Sequence record: LR535910.1 | Strand: one strand, 5' to 3' | Length of the DNA: 64,000 nt | Part shown: positions 56,793 to 64,000 of the stretch, one piece after another | Layout of the letters: each line of letters starts with the position of its first letter | How positions within the stretch are numbered: position 1 is the first letter of the stretch | Made by a program: the position numbers and the translations under genes | Notes under the pieces: generated by a model | Database searches by the model: none | What the model saw: the letters and a program-made list of their open reading frames with translations, nothing else | What the model was told of the DNA's origin: nothing

Positions 56793-57182
56793 ATGAAAAT
56801 CGCAGAGGGGTTAGTAGATGCGTGCAGAGACCCATTCACGCTATGGGTTCTTTGTGGCTTGCGCCGAGACGATCGTTTCGGTGAGTTTGTTCGAAATCCA
56901 GATGCTTTACTAAGCTTCGTAGAAAGCGAGGAGAAGCGTTTAGAGGAGATTAAAGAGGAAAGTAGTACCCTTACACCAGATATGGTGGTTTATAGCCGTA
57001 TGACGTCACACAGGTGGCGTACGACCCATCGGCTGAAGGGAACCACAATGAAGGAATTGATTGAAGGGTTATCAAAGGCGCTTTCGTCTGATAACATTAT
57101 CTGGCCGGTGGTGTATACCAACGAAGACCATTCTGATAACGTGAAGGTTACACTGACACGTTGTTATCACACATTCTCGTAG
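56793..57182 (+). CDS. Hypothetical protein
   Basis: GGAAGGA RBS, 129 aa. Confidence 0.7.
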   Translation: MKIAEGLVDACRDPFTLWVLCGLRRDDRFGEFVRNPDALLSFVESEEKRLEEIKEESSTLTPDMVVYSRMTSHRWRTTHRLKGTTMKELIEGLSKALSSDNIIWPVVYTNEDHSDNVKVTLTRCYHTFS

Positions 57183-57216
57183 TAGTTAATCGACCATTAT
57201 CGTAAGGAATATTTAC

Positions 57217-57888
57217 ATGCAGGGCACTGAACTCAACAAACTTTGGGAAAAACTGGTTCGTCAATTCCGCGACTTCTATCGTTATACCGATAGTGCGCAT
57301 CGCATGGATCACATCAACTCAGTTAAATCAAATGCGATTCGTATCGCGTATATGCTTGGGCAAACCGAACACCTGAAGCTGGTACTGATTGCGGTGGCAG
57401 CTCACGATATCTTCTCTACCAAAGAAGACCGTGCGTCGCACCACATCAAAGGGTATAGCTGGATACTGGATAACAAGCCAGTGCTCAAACGTAAGTATAA
57501 ACTTACCGATGATGAATGTTTGACGATTGCCCATGCAGTCTTAGAACACCGCAGTTCTCACAAAGGGAACTACAACGGGATTGTCTCTGAGATAGTTGCC
57601 GCAGCTGACCGTGGTATACCGTCTGTAGATGACGTGAGCAATTACATGCACCGTTCTTATCTGTTTGCCCGTGAACAGGGTAAAAGTAAAGGCGATGCAA
57701 AATTCCATGCCGTTGGTCACGTCCAACAGAAGTTCGGACGCAACGGTATTAGTAATGTCCCTAGTTGGTACGGTACGCTCTTCGCAGAGCGCATTCTGGA
57801 ACGCAGGGATTTCGTGGAGCAGCTAGATATTAGCTATTTCACAGATACCATTATCGACGACCTCGAAGCTCGTCTTTCACACGATTAA
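57217..57888 (+). CDS. HD-domain phosphohydrolase
   Basis: AHRMDH, AAHDI, AVLEHR, VAAADR. Confidence 0.82.
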   Translation: MQGTELNKLWEKLVRQFRDFYRYTDSAHRMDHINSVKSNAIRIAYMLGQTEHLKLVLIAVAAHDIFSTKEDRASHHIKGYSWILDNKPVLKRKYKLTDDECLTIAHAVLEHRSSHKGNYNGIVSEIVAAADRGIPSVDDVSNYMHRSYLFAREQGKSKGDAKFHAVGHVQQKFGRNGISNVPSWYGTLFAERILERRDFVEQLDISYFTDTIIDDLEARLSHD

Positions 57889-57914
57889 TCACACTGACCT
57901 TAAGGAATATTAAG

Positions 57915-58403
57915 ATGGCTGAAGTAACTTCAATGAAAGCACTGCACAAACTGATCGCTGAACTGGACACGCCGGCAGCAACCCTGTCCGAAGACCTGGC
58001 GCTGAACGCCGACCCGCTGGTTAAGATTTACGAAGACACATTGCCCGTAACGAAAGTTGGGGATGTGGACTATCGCTTCACACTGGAAGACGCGGACGCT
58101 CTGCGACAGCACGACGCAAACTTCACTGAACTGTTCGGTGGCGTTGCCGGTGGTCTGATTGCTGACCGTGCGAAAGCGGATAGCGATATCGGTGCACTGG
58201 ACTTAACGCTGGATATCGGTAACGCAGCATTCTCTACCGTGTTCTCTCGCCCGGTTACTGAAAACCCAACTCAGAAAGAATGGGCAGCATCCATCTCTTA
58301 CGGTTTCGGTTCTCCGAAGTCTAAAGCGTTGGAAGGCAAGCTGCGTAAAGAGTTTGCCAAGTCCATGATGGCAACTGATGAAGAAGACGAAGACGACGAA
58401 TAA
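57915..58403 (+). CDS. Hypothetical protein with acidic C-terminal tail
   Basis: AAGGA RBS; ends TDEEDEDDE. Confidence 0.75.
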   Translation: MAEVTSMKALHKLIAELDTPAATLSEDLALNADPLVKIYEDTLPVTKVGDVDYRFTLEDADALRQHDANFTELFGGVAGGLIADRAKADSDIGALDLTLDIGNAAFSTVFSRPVTENPTQKEWAASISYGFGSPKSKALEGKLRKEFAKSMMATDEEDEDDE

Positions 58404-58606
58404 TGATTCCGTCCAGCCCAAAGGAACTCGCTGAGCTACTCGGGGCTAAAGTGGAATGCCATCCTAATGTGAATCCTGCTACTGGGTTACGTTGGGATGG
58501 CACCATTGCGTCACACGAGGAAATCGGTCTCACCGTCACCTTCCCTAAACCCATGCCGAAGCCGCTGCAGTTAGAAGGGCTTGCTTCGCTATACGGTCGG
58601 AAGTAG
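58403..58606 (+). CDS. Small hypothetical protein
   Basis: TAATG overlap, 67 aa; followed by a hairpin and T-run. Confidence 0.5.
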   Translation: MIPSSPKELAELLGAKVECHPNVNPATGLRWDGTIASHEEIGLTVTFPKPMPKPLQLEGLASLYGRK

Positions 58607-58661
58607 TAAACAATGGGGTGGTCTTATGACTGCCCTATTTTTTTTTGATTTTGGAGCTACA

Positions 58662-59204
58662 ATGAAGCAACTTAATACTCTCGGTCAGGATGATATCAAA
58701 CCGATTCCATCTGATATGAAACGTGAAGACATTATTCGCCACATCAATCAGATCGGTGACGTGTTTACGTTGTCCATGAAAGCTATACTGGAAGATGCTT
58801 TCGAAACCATTGCCGAATATCCGGTTGAGATTATTCCGCACACCATCAACGGCTACCAGCGTTTTCTCGACACGATCACCAAAGGTAGTAGCGGTCGTAT
58901 TATCGCGGGCTTTATCATCCGCTTTAAGTGCCTGTTGCAAGTAGAGCTGGGTGACGATGTACTCCGTCGGCTGGAACACGAACTCATTAGCATGTCCGCC
59001 AACGACATTCTCGCGGCAGAATCAGGACAAGGTTATAAAGACGGGATGTCTCTCTGGAAGATTGCCCACCCTGACTTGGGCGATGTTCAACCGCCGTCTG
59101 AATTCGATGTGCTTGTAACTTATCTGTTATTGCTGCAAATCAAGAACTTGTTGATTCGTGCCAATGCGCAGCGTGAAATCGATGCTGGTCAACCGAAAAA
59201 ATAA
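58662..59204 (+). CDS. Hypothetical protein (start moved from 58581)
   Basis: GGAG before ATG 58662. Confidence 0.7.
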   Translation: MKQLNTLGQDDIKPIPSDMKREDIIRHINQIGDVFTLSMKAILEDAFETIAEYPVEIIPHTINGYQRFLDTITKGSSGRIIAGFIIRFKCLLQVELGDDVLRRLEHELISMSANDILAAESGQGYKDGMSLWKIAHPDLGDVQPPSEFDVLVTYLLLLQIKNLLIRANAQREIDAGQPKK

Positions 59205-59252
59205 AACGTACCTCTCTCCAGACGGAGAGAGGTAACGCTTGTTTTTTTTTTG
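59195..59252. terminator. Bidirectional terminator
   Basis: ACCTCTCTCC-AGAC-GGAGAGAGGT (59210-59233) with A- and T-runs. Confidence 0.85.
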
Positions 59253-59254
59253 TC

Positions 59255-60130
59255 TTAGCGCATCTGGTTGGCCATCTGCTCGTCGGAGACAGAGTTGTAG
59301 CCACCTGGGGTTGCGTTGACGTCCGGGTTGATACCATCGGTCTGCTGAGACGGAGTAAGCCATAGTTTGCGTTCGTAAGGACGCAGACCGTACAGCTTCA
59401 TACGATCCAGCTCTTTCGCAGCGGCCTGCATCGGACCCCAACCTGTCCATTGCTGGGAGGTAAAGGCGATTGACAGTTCGTTAATCTGCGGACCGGTGTT
59501 GGTTTCACGCTCACCGATATCCTGGCCAGCGGTTTCCGGAATCATGTTCGTTAACCACCACGCGTTCTGCGGTTTACGCTGATACGCATCTGGCTCGATG
59601 AACAGCACGGTCATGCTGTACATATCCGGCAGGTGGTCAGGAACGTTCGGGTTGATTGCGGCCAGGCCTGGATGACCAGTCTGGGGATCACAAACACCGT
59701 AAACCAGCCACGCCCACAGCATGTTTTGGTACACCTTCCCGAGTTTATCCGGGGTGGTGAAGGTAACAGAGGACAGTGCTTCCGTTACCAGACCAGCTTC
59801 ATACTGGGTACGGTTGTTACGGCCCTGCTGAGTTTCAACAGCCGCATGGCTCAGGGTTTTATCCAGGCCAGTAATCTCGGAGTGAACCTCGATAAAGGAC
59901 TTGATAGCCTGACGCCACATCTGCGGGTTCGGCATGTAATCCACCCAACGAGGGAATTCCATGACGCGCGCAATGACGTTACGACGCAGACGAGAGGCGT
60001 TAGTAACGAACTTGCCAACCTGTCCAACCGGGCCGTTTTGGCCCGAGGAGAACGCGTTGACCATATCGTACTGGCCGCCGTCGACGTGCAGACCCTGATC
60101 AGGCAAAATGAGACGATCTTTGATTGCCAT
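59255..60130 (-). CDS. Tail tube protein
   Basis: 291 aa, 3 nt after the sheath gene; the sheath-tube pair matches phiKZ gp29/gp30 (recall). Confidence 0.78.
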   Translation of the reverse strand: MAIKDRLILPDQGLHVDGGQYDMVNAFSSGQNGPVGQVGKFVTNASRLRRNVIARVMEFPRWVDYMPNPQMWRQAIKSFIEVHSEITGLDKTLSHAAVETQQGRNNRTQYEAGLVTEALSSVTFTTPDKLGKVYQNMLWAWLVYGVCDPQTGHPGLAAINPNVPDHLPDMYSMTVLFIEPDAYQRKPQNAWWLTNMIPETAGQDIGERETNTGPQINELSIAFTSQQWTGWGPMQAAAKELDRMKLYGLRPYERKLWLTPSQQTDGINPDVNATPGGYNSVSDEQMANQMR

Positions 60131-60133
60131 CTA

Positions 60134-62179
60134 TTAGCTCTCCCGACGGTAAACTTTGATAGTGGTGTTGAACTGGGTGAGCAGCACACCGCCTTCAGCG
60201 ATCAGGTCCAGCGTCACAGAGTAACCATTGGATTTATCGTCTGCAGTGAAGTACGCCTTCGGAGTGACGACAGCAACGTTATCGAGACGGCCTTCCAGAC
60301 GTTCGATAATTTTGTTCTCAATCATCTTCGCACGTTCATCATCCGTCATGGCCGCTTCGCCAGACATGTCCGCCCATACACGGTCGGAAACACGATAGAC
60401 GTAGGTCATCATGAAGTTGAACAGGGCGTTGTTCAGTACAGAACGATCTTCGCTGTAGATTGACTGAATCGCCGGAATGAACAAGCGATAGTAGTCGTAG
60501 GAACGGGCAGTGATCAGCGACACATCCCAGTCAGACGCATACACTTCGTTGCCTTTCCACGGCATACTCAGGTCAGTCAGATCTTCGATAATCGTCAGTT
60601 CGCCACGGCTGAAACGATAAGCCGGTTTTGCACGACCGTCGCCTGCACCCAGGTACTTCGAGAAGAAGTTCGCCAGGGAGTAGTTCATCGGAACAGGCTT
60701 CTTGTAGGAAGAGTTCTTGATGAACGCCGATTGGCCGGTGACCATACCACGTGCAGCCGGAGTGCCGTAATAGGCAGATTCCGGTACCGCTGTGATCAAT
60801 TCGATCAGGGCGATTTTTGCACTTTCTTCTGTCTGCTCATCGTTACGGCCTTGGCTGTAAACGTGAGTCGCCAGCGTCAAGAAGGTGTTACGTGAACGAC
60901 CGATGAAGTTCACGAGCGCAGCTTTAGTATCGAAGCTAAAGCCAGAGTCCCAGAAACAACCCAGCGAGTATTTCAGCTCATTGTCGTAACGGACTTTACC
61001 GCCATCCGGGAACAGCAGCATTTCACGGCGAACGAGTTCGTCGTAAACGTCGTTGTTCATGGTACCATCGCTACCACCTTGCAGGTAGTGGATGTTGGAT
61101 GCGGAGAACACAACTTTACCGGTTTCAGTAGCCGGGTTTACCTGAAGACCATCGTAAGGCTGGCCCAGTAAATCATAGCCGCCAAAGATGTCAACCATAT
61201 ACGGGTCAGCAGGCGCATCAGTTGTGATAGCGGCCTGAGCCAAGCCCAGTACAGTTTCCAGGTTCTCGCGATACAGATAGAACTGCTCGAAAGGACCATA
61301 ATCTGGCAGCTCGCCAATGTCAGGCATCGTCTGACGATATGCATCCGCAACAACAACTTCGAAGTCGAGTTGCGTTCTCATCGGCTGATAGTATGCATCG
61401 GGCTTAAAGCTAAAATTGATGCTACTCATGCCAGTGAGAGTTTTCCACACTACCGGAGAAGTCACGCCTGCCAGGGTTTCGAACCATTGCAGGGTGTAAA
61501 CACGACCACCGACTTCATTTTGATAGGAGGAGGTCAGAGCCGGGCTGGATTTCTCGCTGAGTGGGATCAGTTTGAAACCGAAACCGTTGACGTCAGCACC
61601 CGCATACGGGCCTGCGATATCGAACAACGGATACAGCTTCGATTTCGTGCCGCCTTCGCCAGTCATCGTCCCTTCGATAACCACACCTGCGCCGATGGCC
61701 GGGGTAGTTTCGTCGATTACGACAGAACGGAAGACGATTACCAAACCGTCAACTTGTTCTTTGATCTTGGGCTTGCCCGAGTTGTCGTACTGAACGATCC
61801 CGTTGCTGTCGCGTTCGTAGGACGGAACTTTCGTTTCGAGTACGTCGGCGAATACGCGAACACTTGCGGTTTTCGCATCTTCAGGGATCAAGCGCTGATA
61901 CATACACTCGTTTGCGTTAGCGTTGAACATCGCCTGATAGGGCGTGTTGAACGTCGCGTAGGGGCCTCGCAAGTCAAAGACATTGCGACCAAGCAGAGAC
62001 AGTGCATTATCCCCGGTTAACGGGAACGCCTCGTTGTCTACCCCGCGCGCGGCAAAGGTGAAGATCAGCGGCTTATGAATTGCGTCACCCGTAGGGGTAC
62101 GCACAAGCTCGGGGACAGAGTTATCCTGCCAACCTTGCTTGTTATTCAACGGCGCGCCGTTTCGTGGAATAAAAGTCAT
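60134..62179 (-). CDS. Contractile tail sheath protein
   Basis: 681 aa; GGSDG, WDSGFS..TK motifs, sheath-like C-terminal domain. Confidence 0.85.
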   Translation of the reverse strand: MTFIPRNGAPLNNKQGWQDNSVPELVRTPTGDAIHKPLIFTFAARGVDNEAFPLTGDNALSLLGRNVFDLRGPYATFNTPYQAMFNANANECMYQRLIPEDAKTASVRVFADVLETKVPSYERDSNGIVQYDNSGKPKIKEQVDGLVIVFRSVVIDETTPAIGAGVVIEGTMTGEGGTKSKLYPLFDIAGPYAGADVNGFGFKLIPLSEKSSPALTSSYQNEVGGRVYTLQWFETLAGVTSPVVWKTLTGMSSINFSFKPDAYYQPMRTQLDFEVVVADAYRQTMPDIGELPDYGPFEQFYLYRENLETVLGLAQAAITTDAPADPYMVDIFGGYDLLGQPYDGLQVNPATETGKVVFSASNIHYLQGGSDGTMNNDVYDELVRREMLLFPDGGKVRYDNELKYSLGCFWDSGFSFDTKAALVNFIGRSRNTFLTLATHVYSQGRNDEQTEESAKIALIELITAVPESAYYGTPAARGMVTGQSAFIKNSSYKKPVPMNYSLANFFSKYLGAGDGRAKPAYRFSRGELTIIEDLTDLSMPWKGNEVYASDWDVSLITARSYDYYRLFIPAIQSIYSEDRSVLNNALFNFMMTYVYRVSDRVWADMSGEAAMTDDERAKMIENKIIERLEGRLDNVAVVTPKAYFTADDKSNGYSVTLDLIAEGGVLLTQFNTTIKVYRRES

Positions 62180-62236
62180 GGAACGTCTCCATATATTCGT
62201 CTTAAAGACCTGATGGTCATACTAAGGATCATACTC

Positions 62237-63142
62237 ATGGCACTCGAAAACGCTTACAGCGGTAATCCCTTTAATGCACTTGACCTTACTCGCACCAAGG
62301 CAGACCTGGAATTAGCCCGTAAACTTAACCAAACTGTCGCACAGTCCGATGAAGTTCATTACGTTGTTGAGACCGCTGATGTAAAACCGTTTCCTTTGCC
62401 GATTGTTATCGGCGACGACGTTTATGTATACGCAGCCACGTTTACCACGCTGGATAAGACCAACGAGCTAAAAATACGAAACCCAGTCGAACACGCATTG
62501 CGTCTCGACCAGGCTCGCTGGGAATTGGTGTGGAAACGGAGTAATGGTAAGCTTGCTGCACTGATGGCACAGATGCCCTACCACCATGAGATTTTCAGCA
62601 AATGGGTGTCGGATGCGATTACCCACACGTTTGCACTTGCTCCATATCAAAGTGGGCAAATCAAAGCGTTGGCTGCATTGTTCTCTGTGGGACAGTTCTA
62701 TAATCACGTCGAAGATGATGTGAAAGCTTTACGTTTGCAGCAGATGCTGGAGCAACAATTAGGCTTACCTGCGGAACTGTTTGAATCAGTGACAGGCCAC
62801 ACAGAATATCTTTTCCCGCGTAATATCGCAGAATTCGTCGAAATGGTGCAGGCTGCAGATATCACTCCGCGGGTGCGTGACCTGAGCATTCTGTCTCTGC
62901 AGCAGATGTTGAATACCAGCTTCTTCGGGGTGAGTTATGAAAAACAACTCGCTACTAGCGCCATCGAATATCCGCCTAGTCTCTTCGTTATGATTAAGGC
63001 TTGTCTGGATAATAACATGTTTAACCGCAGTCGGTTAGGTGGGATTGTGAAGAAGTCAGACACCGCTAAGAAACGCGATAAGTTTGAATTCACCTACAAC
63101 CTTCTGATGAATCAAAACACCAAACCACTGAACATCAAGTAA
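62237..63142 (+). CDS. Putative virion (head) protein (start moved from 62075)
   Basis: AAGGA RBS before ATG 62237; position matches SPN3US gp257 (recall). Confidence 0.65.
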   Translation: MALENAYSGNPFNALDLTRTKADLELARKLNQTVAQSDEVHYVVETADVKPFPLPIVIGDDVYVYAATFTTLDKTNELKIRNPVEHALRLDQARWELVWKRSNGKLAALMAQMPYHHEIFSKWVSDAITHTFALAPYQSGQIKALAALFSVGQFYNHVEDDVKALRLQQMLEQQLGLPAELFESVTGHTEYLFPRNIAEFVEMVQAADITPRVRDLSILSLQQMLNTSFFGVSYEKQLATSAIEYPPSLFVMIKACLDNNMFNRSRLGGIVKKSDTAKKRDKFEFTYNLLMNQNTKPLNIK

Positions 63143-63152
63143 GAGGCCCACT

Positions 63153-64000
63153 ATGGAGAACTGGCTGGTCGCTCACGCCGTTAAAAATGCGTGGCAGCGT
63201 CCGTACCTCGATGGGGTGTTGAACATTGCGCCTTTTCGATTAACTGAAAAGACCGGAGCGATCGGGTTTTTCAAGCACGGGCGTAATCCGATTCCTTTAC
63301 CTGGCGAGGGGTGGTGGCACGCGTTTGTAATTGACAAGCTCCACCTCAACTACGGCAACTTGAGTATCCCTCCTGAGCGCTGGAAGAAACTTACTACGTG
63401 TGTAAATAACTTCCATGCGTGGATGCAGGTGTACAACGAAGATGGGACAATTATCCCGTCGAACTCTGTGTATTTCTGGCGGACACTCTCTGGTCAGATT
63501 TACATGGCGATTCCGCAAACGGAACGCTACAAGTGGTTAGACGACACGCCGTGTTATCTACGCATTTATGCTGGTAATGATGGCGGCGAAAACGCTCCTG
63601 TTGTTAAACCGACATTCATCGAACCGTATAATCCGCCGAACCCACAACAGATCCAGATCGTCTTAGACCGTTATAATCTGTTGAAAGGCCAGAAAATCGG
63701 CTATGTCGATTTCTGGGTAAACGGAAAGATGATTGCTGATCCTAAGCCCGCGGATATCAAAGCATGGGATGATGTTGAAATTCGTGTCGACGGCCGCATT
63801 CGTCGTGTAATTGAATACCGTTGTGGGGATTTGCAAACGTTCTACTCAACGCTTGACCAAACACGAAAATACCTGCTGCACATTCCAAAAGGGGATGGTA
63901 TTTGGATTTTCAACAACGACTGTGAAATTCAGTTGTTGTGGAAAGGCGAAGGGCGTTACTACCACCGCCACCGTCATCAGGCCGTGCGTCAATTGACGTG
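63153..64000 (+). CDS. Putative virion structural protein (5' part, runs off the window)
   Basis: GAGG RBS; MENWLVAHAVKNAWQRP..., open to the window end. Confidence 0.7.
   Translation, partial: MENWLVAHAVKNAWQRPYLDGVLNIAPFRLTEKTGAIGFFKHGRNPIPLPGEGWWHAFVIDKLHLNYGNLSIPPERWKKLTTCVNNFHAWMQVYNEDGTIIPSNSVYFWRTLSGQIYMAIPQTERYKWLDDTPCYLRIYAGNDGGENAPVVKPTFIEPYNPPNPQQIQIVLDRYNLLKGQKIGYVDFWVNGKMIADPKPADIKAWDDVEIRVDGRIRRVIEYRCGDLQTFYSTLDQTRKYLLHIPKGDGIWIFNNDCEIQLLWKGEGRYYHRHRHQAVRQLT

Noticed and set aside
59633-60463. 276-aa plus-strand ORF over tail tube and sheath
   Set aside because: Antisense shadow of strongly biased genes; no RBS or recognisable motif.
1-64000. CRISPR array, rRNA, IS/transposase, integrase
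   Set aside because: No regularly spaced direct repeats, rRNA-like segments or DDE/tyrosine recombinase motifs were seen by eye.

Overview
This is a 64-kb, densely coding segment of a phiKZ-related (Chimalliviridae-type) jumbo myophage. From recall, not verified by search, the gene order and sizes fit Salmonella phage SPN3US and its Erwinia/Cronobacter relatives, roughly up to gp258. Core genes recognisable from motifs: SbcC/Rad50 ATPase, DEDDh exonuclease, RNase H, UvsX/RecA-like ATPase, thymidylate synthase, four pieces of the split virion RNA polymerase, a 2373-aa tail transglycosylase/tape-measure protein, the prohead protease, and tail tube and sheath. Accessory genes include GNAT, macrodomain, secreted SLT, NADAR, CYTH, two MazG-like, HAD and HD proteins. 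The most unusual signals are two small stand-alone genes that look like fragments of essential host enzymes. One is a 62-aa peptide ending DDDNCTGGACKI, which mimics the redox-active C-terminal tail of ribonucleotide reductase NrdA (33693-33881). The other is a 72-aa protein carrying a P-loop-dead copy of the EF-Tu N-terminus (6573-6791). Also found: a DarG-like macrodomain plus a NADAR (possible two-arm defence against DNA ADP-ribosylation), a chain of unannotated membrane micropeptides, and two recurring promoter-like motifs with a conserved leader box. No tRNA, rRNA, CRISPR array, intron or IS element was seen. All homology calls come from motif recognition by eye; no searches were run. Several starts were moved from the ORF track to the RBS-supported codon.
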